64,000 nt of DNA, taken from the NCBI GenBank assembly GCA_964016885.1, contig OZ024763.1, positions 6,200,001 to 6,264,000 on the forward strand. The letters run 5' to 3'. A model generated the notes under the pieces. That model was not told where the DNA came from. It did no database searches and saw only the letters and a list, made by a program, of their open reading frames with translations. Shown piece after piece: positions 25,645 through 39,700 of this stretch; the stretch's first letter is position 1; each line of letters begins with the position of its first letter. Source of the DNA: Eledone cirrhosa (lineage: Eukaryota). The translations under genes and the position numbers were made by a program.

Positions 25645-26243
25645 GAGAGTGGCGGTGAGAGAGTGGTGGTGAGAGAGTGGCGGTGAGAGAGTGGCGGTGA
25701 GAGAGTGGCGGTGAGAGAGTGGCGGTGAGAGAGTGGCGGTGAGAGAGTGGCGGTGAGAGAGTGGCGGTGAGAGAGTGGCGGTGAGAGAGTGGCGGTGAGA
25801 GAGTGGCGGTGAGAGAGTGGCGGTGAGAGTGGCGGTGAGAGAGTGGCGGTGAGAGTGGCGGTGAGAGAGTGGCGGTGAGAGAGTGGCGGTGAGAGAGTGG
25901 CGGTGAGAGAGTGGCGGTGAGCGAGTGGCGGTGAGCGAGTGGCGGTGAGCGAGTGGCGGTGAGAGAGTGGCGGTGAGAGAGTGGCGGTGAGAGAGTGGCG
26001 GTGAGAGAGTGGCGGTGAGAGAGTGGCGGTGAGAGAGTGGCGGTGAGAGAGTGGCGGTGAGAGAGTGGCGGTGAGAGTGGCGGTGAGAGAGTGGCGGTGA
26101 GAGAGTGGTGGTGAGAGAGTGGCGGTGAGAGAGTGGCGGTGAGAGAGTGGCGGTGAGAGAGTGGCGGTGAGAGAGTGGCGGTGAGAGAGTGGTGGTGAGA
26201 GAGTGGCGGTGAGAGAGTGGCGGTGAGAGAGTGGCGGTGAGAG
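25645..26243. repeat. 14-bp minisatellite (gtggcggtgagaga)n, about 42 copies
   Basis: Visible by direct inspection. Confidence 0.95.
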
Positions 26244-26652
26244 AACAAAATTGGAATAAATTCAAAATTCATGAGACCAAAGGAAGCGGTGTATATCTCA
26301 GTAGGTGTGTGTATGTGTGTATGTGTGTATGTATTACCAAATCGCTATGGCTGGTAATACAAGATACATATGCAGAACCTGTGACAAAGAATGCAGGTGT
26401 GCTAGTGGCCTAAAAAGGTGGCACATCGAAGTGCGTTATTGGCTTCTCAAGAAGCCAATACTGTCCTGTCTAAAAGAATGTAACACACTTGCAAGCCTAA
26501 AACATCATAGCCCTTTGCAGCAGTCACAGGACTTAAGCTGATGTCATTTGATAACCATATCTGAACACGGAGTGGCTGTCATCATATCTGTATTGCATGT
26601 CCGTGCCCCCTCTCTCTCTCTATATATATATATATGTATGTCTGTCTCTCTA

Positions 26653-26683
<31 letters not shown>

Positions 26684-26740
26684 GTATGTCTGTCTCTCTA
26701 TCTCTCTCTATATATATATATATGTATGTCAGTCTCTCTA

Positions 26741-26775
<35 letters not shown>

Positions 26776-26864
26776 GTCTCTCTATCTCTCTCTCTCTATA
26801 TATATATATGTATGTCAGTCTCTCTATCTCTCTCCCTCTATATATATATATATATGTCTCTCTA

Positions 26865-26916
<52 letters not shown>

Positions 26917-26930
26917 TGTCTCTCTATCTA

Positions 26931-26961
<31 letters not shown>

Positions 26962-27141
26962 GTATGTCTGTCTCTCTATCTCTCTCTCTCTATATATATA
27001 TGTATGTCTGTCTCTCTATCTCTCTATCTCTCTCTCTATATATATATATGTATGTCTGTCTCTCTATATCTCTCTCTCTCTATATATATATATGTATGTC
27101 TGTCTCTCTATCTCTCTATATGTATGTATGTATGTATGTAT

Positions 27142-27750
27142 GTCAGGTCACCAGTTGGTGCTACTGGTAACATGTATCCCAGTACAACCTGTCTCATGAT
27201 CGGGTCGTTGGCGACTAAACTGGCAACCCCACCAAGGTTTCTTGGTGAGGAGGGTGACTTTGGACATCCAGCAGGACTAAAAACAAAACCTGTCAAAGGG
27301 CAAAGGAGCTCTTAAGAGTCAATGGCCATCCAAAATCACTGGGAGAGATGACCCCTTAGCCTTTGTCAAGGCAGAATTCTAGGAGAAGGAAAACTCTGAT
27401 ATAACACCTGCAACCCTGATGGTATCCAATGATGTTGACTTGATCTTCTTTTTGGTAAATATCATCTTGGTTAAGAGAGTGGGACTGGCTTTGTGCAGTG
27501 CCTTTGCTCACTATAAAAGCTTCACGGCACAGGCATTGCTTTATATCTGGAGATCTCTCTGCACTTGTCGTCACATGGTACCAAAGGCAAAGCACTATGT
27601 GTCAATAATTGTCACAGGTGTAGTGTTTGTACCAGAGTTTTCAAGTCGCTGGCTGGACTAAAAAGTCACACTCGTTCAGCGCATCGGTAGGGGTTCTCCT
27701 ACATGGATATAAAGTAGTGGCCGTACTCGAAAACGAGTTGGCAGCCACCA
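27142..27750 (+). mobile_element. LINE relic with C2H2-like C-terminus; similar relic at 26340-26610
   Basis: CSVCTRVFKSLAGLKSHTR-like and CRTCDKECRCASGLKRWH-like motifs with frameshifts. Confidence 0.4.
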
Positions 27751-27826
27751 TGTATGTATGTATGTATGTATGTATGTATGTATGTATGTATGTATGTATG
27801 TATGTATGTATGTATGTATGTATGTA

Positions 27827-27874
<48 letters not shown>

Positions 27875-28323
27875 TCTATCTATCTATATATATGAATTTA
27901 TCTATATATATATATATGAATCTATCTATCTATATATATCTATATATCTATATATATATATGAATCTATCTATCTATATATATATATATATATATAAAAC
28001 CTGCCAGATAGTCCTATATGAGCAAGATACAGTCACCCGACCAGCCTTGCCTCAAGCGGGACAACTCCCGTCTAACCCATGCTAGCGTGGAAAATAGACG
28101 TTATAGTTGATATAGAAGATATAGTTGCCTTAAACATGACATTATGTACAAAAATATGTAGCTTTGTGTATGTAAAAAACCCCTTACTTCTGAGCTGTAT
28201 AACTTCTTCACCTATAATTATTTGTTTTCATATTTGAAATCATATTACTTTTTACACACACACATATATATGTGTGTGTGTGTGTTTGTATGTCTATGTG
28301 TATATATATGTATATATACTTAC

Positions 28324-28616
28324 TTGACAACTGTGGCATCTTTACAATATATAGCAATATGGAATATATCCCTGGTCTCGACAAACTCAATCAGTCCGAT
28401 TGGGACATTGGCAAATAGATCTTTACATTTGATGAGAACTCTGAAGTTGGACAGGGCTATAATGCCATCATCTATTTTACCAAGATATTCCACGGACTCT
28501 CCACACAACAGAGGAAACGGAACCTGCAGGAAACGGTCCTCCGTCACCAATTCCTTCTTCGGAAATAGCTCAGACTTGTGTATACATTCCAGATTTGACG
28601 GCTCATCTTGACACGC
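28324..28616 (-). CDS. MTMR4: Myotubularin-related protein 3/4, exon (PH-GRAM N-terminal part)
   Basis: ACQDEPSNLECIHKSELFPKKELVTEDRFLQVPFPLLCGESVEYLGKIDDGIIALSNFR...IYCKDATVV matches the MTMR3/4 N-terminus. AG/GT boundaries, 293 nt, ends phase 2. Confidence 0.92.
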
Positions 28617-28937
28617 CTGAGGTGGGAAAAACAAACAAAACAAAACAAAAATAAACATTAATGAATCATCAACATCATCAATATCACTATTATCATCATT
28701 ATAAGCATTAGCAACATCATCATCATAAACATTACCAACATCATCATCATAAACATTACCAATATTATTACATAAACATTACCAACATCATCATCATAAA
28801 CATTACCAGCAATATTATCAACATCATCTTTTTTCCATACACACACACACACAGCTCCATACAACCATACAGACACACAATCATCTTTTCATACACACAC
28901 ACACATATACGCACGCACACACCTATATACACACCAT

Positions 28938-28968
<31 letters not shown>

Positions 28969-29324
28969 CCCCCTATATACACACCATACACACACACACA
29001 TATATATATATACACCCCCTATATACACACCATATACCCACACACACAATTTCATTGAAAAAGGTGATTAACTCACACATCTGCGTGACATGTTGACAGA
29101 CACCACAGCAACACTGACATAGAATGGCGGTGGTGGAGGAGGTACCACTGACCCAGGAGGGGAGAGAAATTTGGTAAATCCAGTGTATGGGAGCAGTCAA
29201 AGTGATTGACAGATCAATAAAACAACTGATTGAACAGTCAGATTAATACACGATAGATAGATATGCGATGTAGGTAGGTAGGTATGAAATATTTCAGGAT
29301 GAGATAGAGGTAGATAAATAAATA

Positions 29325-29790
29325 TGTCAGGCAGATAAATATGAAATGTAGGCAGATAGATAGATATATAATGTAGGTGGGTGGATAAATAAATATGTAA
29401 TGTAGGTAGGTAGATAGATAGATAAATAAATATGTAATGTAGGTAGGTAGAGAGATAGATAAATAAATATGTAATGTAGGTAGGTAGAGAGATAGATAAA
29501 TAAATATGTAATGTAGGTAGGTAGAGAGATAGATAAATAAATATGTAATGTAGGTAGGTAGATAGATATGTAATGTAGGTAGAAAAGGATCAAATATAAG
29601 CAAGGTAGGTATGAAATACTTCAGGTGTAAAAGTAGGTAAGTAGACAGATAAATATGTAATGTAGGTAGAAAAAGGAAGAAATATGAGTAATGTAGGTAT
29701 GAAATACTTGAGGTGTAAAAGTAGGTAGAAATCTAAATAAATATAGGTAGATATGTAATGTAAAGTAAGTAAATATGTAATAGTTTCAAC
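29325..29790. repeat. About 40-bp minisatellite
   Basis: agataaataaatatgtaatgtaggtaggtagagagat repeats. Confidence 0.85.
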
Positions 29791-30871
29791 TAGCTATAAC
29801 CACGTCTTGATTAACCCTCATTGGTTATGGTGTTGGTAGGTATGAAATATTTGCGGTGTAACAGTGGTTGATATGTTTTAGTATCAAACAGTTGAAATGA
29901 TGTCTGGAGACCAACAGACAGGTACTTATAGGATTTACAACAATAACATGTGACAACAACAACAACATCATCTATTGTGTCATGGATTATCTGGATTGCA
30001 TAGGCAACAGTTGAGAAATTTGCTCTATGTCCACGGTAGTATTTCCTATATATACACACACACACATATACATGATGACATATACACAGATATACACACA
30101 CATACATACACATACATGATGACATATACAGATACACACACATATATATACATGATGATGCCATACAATAAGGTCTAGACACATACATACACGCCCCCTC
30201 ACCCATTTACCCCTACACTTACACATACATACAGTAATGGCTATTTTAAAAACAGATAAACCAATATGAAAGAATTATGAAATAAATATTTTGGTCACAG
30301 AATTATTTGAGATAAGAGGAAACATTTTTTTTTTTTAAATGGCCAAAACTGAGAAGACAAGAGGATGGTGATAATTCTGAGATTATTCTGAGTGTTTCAT
30401 TTCATTTGAGATGGAAATAGCTTTACCAGATATTTCAGAACCACTGAAAATAGAAAGCTCATCTAAATAAACACACACACACATATATATATATAGTGTA
30501 GGTGATTCAGTGAATTACTGGTGTGTTGGTACCAAAGCCAGCATTCTATGCACAGGCAGTGTGTATCATCATCGTCGTTTAACATCCATCTTCCACGTTA
30601 GCATGGGTTAGACGATTGTGTCTCGCTCATATAGGATTGTTTTGGGCTGGTTTTCTACGGCTGGATGCCCTTCCTAAAGCCAACCACATTTACAGTGTGT
30701 GCTGGGTGCTTTTTGCCGTGTCTCCTACATGACCACTTTACAGCGTGGGCTGGGTGCTTTTTGTCGTGACACCTACGCAACCACCTTACAGTGTGGACTG
30801 GATGTTTTGTGGTACCAACATAATATATAATCGAAAAAAAATGAGAAAGTTTTGTTTACATGTATATGATA

Positions 30872-30980
30872 TTTATTGTGTATCAACTAGCATGCGCGTT
30901 TCATAGAGGATTGACCCAGGGTCCCCCACAGAAGTTATGGACCCAACTCCATTATCGATCTGCTCTTCAGACTGGTGATG
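30872..30980 (-). ncRNA. Degenerate type I hammerhead motif
   Basis: Minus strand reads atcaccagt-CTGAAGA-...gggtcc..ggaccc...-GAAAcgcgcat-gctagttgat...aataaa; the stems are imperfect. Confidence 0.35.
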
Positions 30981-31644
30981 TGACAAAAAAAAAAAAAAAA
31001 AATAGATACATATACATAATATATATATTCCAAAATCCAAGGTCTTTTCACTCCTGTTGGAAAGATCCTCTTGTTGTTTGTGTGTAAGTGAGCATGTGTT
31101 TGAGTGTGTGAGTGAGTGTGTTTGTGTGAGAGTGTTTCAGTGTGTGAGTGTTCTGAGAACTGGTGTTAGGCAGGGTAGTGGTTGACTGTATGACTTTATA
31201 ACAACCAAAACTCCCTCAAATTGCACCATCACCATTTAATGTCTGTTTGCCTTGCTGGCATGGGACAGACCAGACACAAGGAACTTTTTTCAAACAAACA
31301 GTGGGCCACAGAAGATGTGGCTCACCATAAGGTGGGCACACTACTAAAACAATTCAAGGCAATTTAGGTGTGCCATTAGAAAGCCAAATAGGCTGCAGTT
31401 TGCCAATGACTGGGCTAGACAGTAAAGAGAAGATGACATGTGAAACCAGATATATATTTCAACTGTTGGTGTTAGAAAGGGCAGATGTTTGTAATATGGT
31501 TGACTGTATGACATTATAGCAACCAACTCTCCCTCATATTACACCATGCTGTTTAAATAAGACAAAGAGACATGTCTAGACAGGATATTTAATAGTTTAA
31601 ATGAAAACATCCATTCAGAAGAATTCCTTTTCTAGTATATCAGT

Positions 31645-32008
31645 GTTTGTGAATGTGTGTGTGTTTTTGAGTGAGTGAGTGAGTGAGTGTGTGTTTTTGA
31701 GTGAGTGAGTGAGTGAGTGTGTGTTTTTGAGTGAGTGAGTGAGTGAGTGTGTGTTTTTGAGTGAGTGAGTGAGTGAGTGAGTGTGTGTTTTTGAGTGAGT
31801 GAGTGAGTGTGTTTTTGAGTGAGTGAGTGTGTGTTTTTGAGTGAGTGAGTGAGTGAGTGTGTGTTTTTGAGTGAGTGAGTGAGTGTGTGTTTTTGAGTGA
31901 GTGAGTGAGTGAGTGAGTGTTTTTGAGTGAGTGAGTGAGTGAGTGAGTGAGTGAGTGAGCGAGTGAGCGAGTGTGCGAGTGTGCGAGTGTGCGAGTGTGC
32001 GAGCGAGC
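31645..32008. repeat. (GAGT)n / gtgtttttgagt compound microsatellite
   Basis: Visible by direct inspection. Confidence 0.9.
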
Positions 32009-33079
32009 AAGGAGGATGATTTTAGAGAAATAGAGCTGAATGTTTATATATTCAAGCCATCAGGTTATTCTCAGAAAACTCACATGTAGTGTATGTGAGT
32101 TTTCTTAGAATAAGATGATAGATATATATATATATATAACATCCGACCCACACTGTAAAGTGGTCATGTAGGACTCGCAACAAAAAGCACCCAGCACACA
32201 CTGTAAGTGTGGTTGGCCTTAGAAAGGGCTTCCAGCTTTAGAAATCTAGCCAGAAACAGTCCTATATGAGCAAGACACAGTCACATTGACCCAACTTGCC
32301 TCTAATGGGACAACCCGTCTAACCCATGCTAGCATGGAAAAAACGATCGTAAAATAATGTGTTTTACTATGAATTAACAGTTTTGTGTTTAATTTCATTG
32401 TTTTAATATTTCTCTATATATATATATTTCATTTTTTTTAAGCTAATAACATTAAAGGTGTGGTTGTTCAGAATATATCCTGGTGAACACGTTGCAAATA
32501 AATCAACCTGCGTTTCACACCTTTGCCTTTCTGACATCATAGATGTTAAATGATGATGATATATATATAACTAACAACTAGTTATATATGCAGTTCTGTT
32601 TGCATGCCAACACAAGAGCGAGAATGAGGGGCTCATTCTACTGACATGGCTTATAAAAGAGGCTGATTGCATGATTGAAAACAAATCAAATATTATTCGA
32701 AAAATTCAGTTTACATTTATATATATATATATATTTATAATTGTTTACACACACACACACACACTAACAAGACACCATACACACACACTAACATGACAAG
32801 ACAATACATACACACATACACTAACAATACATGCTTGCATGGGACTTATTCATCACAGCATCTCTACTCATCACATTCCTTCCTCATCTCCTCAGTTCAC
32901 AGATTTAAGATCAGCCCCCACCCCCTCCATCCAGGTCTCCCTTGGTCGTTCTCTTAAGTGTCTTGCTCAATGACATACCACACCACCAAGGATGGGAATC
33001 AAACTCACAACCTTATCACTGTTAGCTCAACACCCGAACCACTAAACCACAAGTCTTCATATATTTATATGTCAGTTGT

Positions 33080-33480
33080 GGTTTGGCAGTAATCGGTAGA
33101 GCGTAAGACACCAAGCTTTACAGCATAGAGTTATCGCCCTTTACGTTCTGGGTTCAAATCCCGCCGAGATTAACTTTGCCTTTCATCCACATGAGGTCGA
33201 TAAAATAAAGTACCAGTAATGCACTGGGATAATTGCTGGCCTTGTGCCAAAAGTAGAAACATTATTATTATTATTTCCATTAGGGCGGTGGGTTGGCAGT
33301 ATCGGTAGAGGGTCGGACACCATGCTTTGACGCATAGAGTTACGGCCCTTGCCATTCTGAGTTCAAATCCCGCCGAGGTTAACTTTGCCTTTCATCCTTA
33401 CGGGGTCGATAAAATAAAGTACCAGTAATACACTGGGGTAATTGCTGGCCTTGTGCCAAAAGCAGAAACAATTATTATTA
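33080..33480 (+). mobile_element. Two tandem SINE copies
   Basis: ggcggtgggttggcagtatcggtagag...gagttcaaatcccgccgagg...(att)n tail. Further copies near 24820, 33730, 47500, 50400, 54860, 60820 and 61530. Confidence 0.8.
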
Positions 33481-35316
33481 TTTCCATTATTATTTCCATT
33501 GCACATCGTTACTGCTTTACGGAGCACAACTCTGTGCACCTTGGGTATGTGCAGTGTAGTTGTTGCTGATCTTTCTATTGCATTGATAGTATGTGTCGTA
33601 ATATATGTGCAGTGCCTAGTAGTGCTATTTTTTGTATGCCGTATATATTAACAAGTCCTGGGGTTTTGGTCATGTAATATTATTAAAAGAGCAACACACC
33701 CCACCACATTACTAAACCATTGACATAATGAATTCAAATCCCACCAAGATTAGCTTTGCTTTTTATCCTTACGGGGTTGATAAAATAAAGTACCAGTAAC
33801 AAACTGGAGTCGAAATAATCAACTTTTCCCTTCCCTAAAATTGCTGGCCTTGTACCTAACTCAGAAACCATTATTATTCATTTGAAAAGGAAAATCAGAG
33901 CGGAGAAGGATGTGTCCCTTCCCAGCAATTTATTGAAAGATGGGTGAGAGAGGCGAGCATGGCCCGAGTAAATGGGCTTGTTCTGCGTATGTGCCTGTAG
34001 ATACCGAGACAGGGCACTTGCCCTGGTGGTCAGGGTCACCGTGGCTTTTTTAATGGGCTTTGACCACAAGCGACCCTTGGAGGTTTCCCCCCTATTGGTG
34101 AGTTTTCCTTCATCATCATTATTTTACATCCGCTTTTCCTTGCTTGCAAGGGTGGGACAGGTCCTTTTCAGCACAGCACAGCATCTCTCTCTTCATCACG
34201 GCCCTTTGTCATCTCCTCTGTGAGCTGTTATATGTATTTGTTTTTACACAGAAACGCCCATTTGTACCGTTCCTGTGCTGTCCTTAATGTTATACTTTGT
34301 GTCAACCCTTGTGGTTAATAAAGAAAACATTACTGAGAGCCCACTCCACCCCACTACATTACTAAAGCAGTGACAAGCCAGAGCCCCCCCCCCCCCCCCA
34401 CCCACCCTCCACCAGATATCAATGTAAACAAAAGAGAGACTATGACTGAACTGTGTCTACGATGTATTGATAGAGGCAATATAAGGGCACGCTCATTACT
34501 GTAATCAGTATTATAATGTATATGTTTATATGTAAATATGAGTGTGTCTACATGTATATATGTAAATGTGTGTGTGTGTGTATATGTTTATATGTAAATA
34601 TGAGTGCATCATCATCGTCACCGTTTTACGTCCGTTCTTCCACGCTAGCATGGGTTAGACGGGTTGTCCTGTTGTGGGTAGTGTCTGGTCGGCTGACCAT
34701 GCCTTGCTCATACAGGAACTGATTTGGCTTGATTTCTACAGCTGGATGCCCTTCCTAACACCAACCTCATTTACAGTGAGTGCTGGGTGCTTTTTTGCTG
34801 TGGCGCCTCCACGTCCACTTTACAGTGTGGGCTGGGTGATTTTTTGCCGTGGCACCTCCACGACCACCTTTCAGTGGGGGGTGTAGGGGCACATTGCCTA
34901 TATGCTTTAACTTGTACCCATGGGTACTCTGTATTACTGCGCGACGCCAGAGGTCACGGTCGTGGGTCATCGCCTTTGAGAGGTGTGTACATGTATACAT
35001 GTATATATGTAAATGTGTGTGTACATGTATATATGTAAATGTGTGTGTGTACATGTATATATATAAATGTGTGTGTGTGTACATGTATATATGTAAATGT
35101 GTGTGTGTGTACATGTATACATGTAAATGTGTGTGTGTGTACATGTATACATGTAAATGTGTGTGTGTGTACATGTATATATGTAAATGTGTGTGTGTGT
35201 GTACATGTATATATGTAAGTGTGTGTGTGTATATGTATATATGTAAATGTGTGTGTGTGTGTGTACATGTATATATGTAAATGTGTGTGTGTACATGTAT
35301 ATATGTGTATGTACAT

Positions 35317-35357
<41 letters not shown>

Positions 35358-35654
35358 CGTAAGTGTGAGTGGCATAGATATCTTGACATGTGACATATTA
35401 GAGTCACTGAGACAACTCACATCAACAATTGTTTTATTGAGGACATTCACATCTAATGTAAATATTATATCTCTCTGTCTATATCTTTCCTGCTACACCT
35501 TGCTCTATCTAGCTCTCTCTCTCTCTCTCTATCCTTCCATGTCAAGCTCTCACTATGTCAAGCTTTCGCTCTCTCTACTTATCTCTGCAGGTCAATTTTT
35601 CATTCTCCATTCAAGTTCTCTTTCTCTCATATATATATATATATATATATATGT

Positions 35655-36280
35655 CAATCTCTCTACCTCTGCAAGCCAATCTCTCTCTCTACCTCTCCAT
35701 GTCAAGCTCTCTCTCTACCTCTCCAAGCCAATCTCTCTCTACCTCTCCATGTCAAGCTCTCTCTCTACCTCTCCATGTCAAGCTCTCTCTCTACCTCTCC
35801 ATGTCAAGCTCTCTCTCTACCTCTCCAAGCCAATCTCTCTCTCTACCTCTCCAAGCCAATCTCTCTCTCTCTACCTCTCCAAGCCAATCTCTCTCTCTAC
35901 CTCTCCAAGCCAATCTCTCTCTCTACCTCTCCAAGCCAATCTCTCTTTCTACCTCTCCAAGCCAAGCTCTCTCTCTACCTCTCCATGTCAAGCTCTCTCT
36001 CTACCTCTGCAAGCCAATCTCTCTCTCTACCTCTCCATGTCAAGCTCTCTCTCTACCTCTCCAAGCCAATCTCTCTCTCTACCTCTGCAAGCCAATCTCT
36101 CTCTCTACCTCTGCAAGCCAATCTCTCTCTCTACCTCTCCAAGCCAAGCTCTCTCTCTACCTCTCCAAGCCAAGCTCTCTCTCTACCTCTCCAAGCCAAG
36201 CTCTCTCTCTCTACCTCTCCAAGCCAAGCTCTCTCTCTCTACCTCTCCAAGCCAAGCTCTCTCTCTCTCTCTCTCTCTAT
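35655..36280. repeat. Pyrimidine-rich compound minisatellite (ctctacctctccaagccaatctctct variants)
   Basis: Visible by direct inspection; about 25-28-bp units. Confidence 0.9.
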
Positions 36281-36447
36281 ATCTATATCTTTGTCCATGT
36301 GAACTCCATAATTTTGTAGGTTTTTACAGACACAGACAACATTGTGTGGTGAAATTTTCAATGTAAGCAGTAAACCTTTGATATCAACCCAGCCCCAACC
36401 TGTTCTGGTTCTATGAAACAAAACCACCCATTTTAAAGGGTTCCTAT

Positions 36448-37117
36448 TTAACCCGTTTGATACCAACCTGGTGAAAACCAGCTCCGGTTCTATGAAACAA
36501 AACTACCCATTCCAAAGAGTTCCTATATAAAATCTTCCAAGATAATTTTACATAAGAACCATATGTTAAGTTGCTATCTTAGTAATGAAATAATTTTAAT
36601 AAATCCCTCAAAATTCTTCATTAAACCTTTTTATACTAACCCAGCCAAAACCAGTTCTGGTTCTATGAAACAAAACCACCCATTTTAAAGGGTTCCTATA
36701 TGAATGAAAAATCTCCCAACATTATTCTATATAAAAACCATGTTAACTTAATATCTTAGTCTTTATTTCTATCTAAAATGATCAACAACATCCCAAAACT
36801 CATTTGCTTACTGAGTGAGATGGAACTCATCAAATCGAACCAAGGAAACAGTGTTTCCATTGCTGATACAATTTACTATCTATTGGTTGTAATTCCTAGC
36901 AGGAAAGAGGAAAGTGAAATAAAGTGTCTTGTTCAATAACATAACACACCACCCAGTTTAAGAATCGAACTTGCAATCTCACAATTGCAAATCCAATTCT
37001 CTAACCACTAAGCCATCTTACTAATGAAATAACTTTTGTATATCACTTAAAATCCTTCATTAATTAATTAATTAATTAGAGTGTCTTTCATTAGAGATAT
37101 AGTAATGAAAGGGTTAA
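36448..37117 (-). mobile_element. Second piggyBac-like non-autonomous element, with an internal SINE (about 36810-37018)
   Basis: TTAA-cccgtttgatacc ... gtaatgaaaggg-TTAA; the right end is the reverse complement of the 48-bp array unit. Confidence 0.55.
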
Positions 37118-37127
37118 GGGTACTTAC

Positions 37128-37215
37128 CATACTGGCAGGCATCTGGTGGGTGTTGGGGTTGGTCTCACTGAAAGCTGGTCCCTCAGCCTCCAGATTGAGG
37201 TAGGGGCTGTTCAAT
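37128..37215 (-). CDS. MTMR4: Probable start-codon exon of the MTMR3/4 gene (part 5'UTR or N-terminal extension; ends ...ATG CCT GCC AGT ATG)
   Basis: On the minus strand: acceptor ttctctgtattgtag, then an 88-nt exon ending ATG|GTAAGT (consensus donor). Phase 0, so it joins the 28616 exon as M-ACQDEP. The frame is open across the whole exon (LNSPYLNLEAEGPAFSETNPNTHQMPASM). Confidence 0.6.
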
Positions 37216-37822
37216 CTACAATACAGAGAAAATAAAGGGTTATTTGAGGTAGGGGCTGGCTGGTCAATCTACAATATATAGAGAAGATTAGAGGATACTT
37301 AAGGAAAGGGTTAGTTGTTTAGTCTACAATATACACAAGACAAGGGTTATTTGAAATCGGGGCTGTCCAATCTAGTTTATAAGTGGTGGTGGTGTTAAAC
37401 CAGACCATATTAAGTCAACCACCTAAGGACCAGGACAGATTAAGTCCAGCCATTCATTTATTTTGGTGATTAAAATAAAAATAATTAAATTACATCCTGA
37501 AGAGGAAGATGACATAACAGTTTTATAGCTACACAGACATACACACAACTACACCACACTACACGCACACACATAACTATACCACACACACACACACAGA
37601 TAACTACACGTCACTAAGACAACTACACCACACTAAACACACACAGAGACACATACACAATTACACCACACTAAACACACAAAATGGCCTACGTGTTACA
37701 GAACATGTGCATTGTGATATGAGTGTGTTACTATATATATAAGTGCATGTGTGTTTCAGTATTACTACATGTATTTATATCTGTGTGTGCATGCCCATGT
37801 GTGTATGGTGGTGTTACTATAC

Positions 37823-37904
<82 letters not shown>

Positions 37905-37976
37905 TGGTATTACTATATGTATGTGTAAGGTACATTTCAGTTAATCCTGTGATGCTCCATTAACTGCCATGAGGTA

Positions 37977-38036
<60 letters not shown>

Positions 38037-38038
<2 letters not shown>

Positions 38039-38173
38039 ACGAAGGAAATGTGGTAAGGAACCAGGTGGACCATAACGCACCAAAGTAGTCAATACTTAGG
38101 GTAGTAGAGTGGGTAATAGGGACGAGTAGGACCCCGACGGCTGACCTCAAGCCGTCGGGGTCCTACTCGTTCC
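38037..38173 (-). mobile_element. Same family as 55285-55484, shorter fold-back, between (TA)n and (GA)n
   Basis: Hairpin acgagtaggaccccgacggct...gccgtcggggtcctactcgt; the flank is the near-identical reverse complement of 55403-55484. Confidence 0.7.
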
Positions 38174-38192
38174 GAGAGAGAGAGAGAGAGAG

Positions 38193-38289
<97 letters not shown>

Positions 38290-38939
38290 AAGAAAGAGAG
38301 AGAGAAGAGATAAGCAGGTCTAATATTAGCTAGCTATGAACTAGAATCTTAGAAACTAAAGAATATATGTTATGTGGGAGGGGACAAGGTGGGAGGGGGG
38401 GGGGGGGTGATATGATGGTAACTGCTGGTATTTCATGTACCATGCCAACAGCTCAGCAAATCTCTACATATACACTCACAGTCGGGGACTAGGTGTTGAA
38501 ACAGCAAGGGCAAACCCATCAGGGGTCCAGACTCTTTATAATATATATATATATATATAAGTATGTATACGTACATACATATGTGTATACAGACGTACAG
38601 TAGTATGTATATATATATATACAGACATGCACACATATATATATGTACGTATGGATTCACCGAACATTTATTATAATGCTCGGTTTGTTTGTTTGTAAAC
38701 AAACAAACCCCGAATTAAGCCGTACAGTGTTCAGGCAACCATCGTCGCCCTTTTGTTCAACACTGACACAGGAACGATGTACTAGTTTCAAGCTTATTAG
38801 CTATCGTCAGCACCGTATACCTTCCTGCCAGATGATTGAACGTCTGAAAGTATATACTTTCCTTATGCATATTAACGGCTGAGCAGCCTAATTTGCATAT
38901 CGAGTGGGTTAGTCGGCCGGGCGTACCGAAAACGATAAA

Positions 38940-39132
38940 TGGAAAAGAATGAAACGAAATTTCATTTCTCACTCTTAGTACGGCTGATACTTAAATGTAA
39001 GTATGTATGTATATGTACATGTACATACATATATGTATACAGACGTACAGTAGTATGTATATATATACATACATGCACACATAAGTATCAGCCGTACTAA
39101 GAGTGAGAAATGAAATTTCGTTTCATTCTTTT

Positions 39133-39135
<3 letters not shown>
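38940..39135. repeat. Perfect inverted repeat, 54-bp arms with about 88-bp microsatellite-like spacer
   Basis: tggaaaagaatgaaacg...cggctgatactta versus taagtatcagccg...cgtttcattcttttcca. Confidence 0.85.
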
Positions 39136-39210
<75 letters not shown>

Positions 39211-39700
39211 ATATATAAACACACACACAGACATATACATAAACATATATAAACACACACACAGACATATACATAAACATATATAAACACACACACAGAC
39301 ATAAACATATATAAACACACACACAGACATATACATAAACATATATAAACACACACATATACATAAACATATATAAACACACACACAGACATATACATAA
39401 ACATATATAAACACACACACACACACACATATACATAAACATATATAAACACACACACACACACATATACATAAACATATATAAACACACACACACACAC
39501 ATATACATAAACATATATAAACACACACACACTATATATATGTATTAAAAGATCAGAGGCTATATTCAGTTGATTCAGGTTTATTTAAAACTCCATTATA
39601 CATACACTAAAATAAACGTTGAAAAGTTCCTAAGAAACTTTTAAATTTGGAAAAATCCATATCTATCTATATATATATAAATATATATATATATATAAAT

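Noticed and set aside
33880-34100. GC-richer block as a possible exon
   Set aside because: It reads as a frameshifted LINE ORF end (...FIERW...) with no compatible splice sites; too weak to list as a feature.
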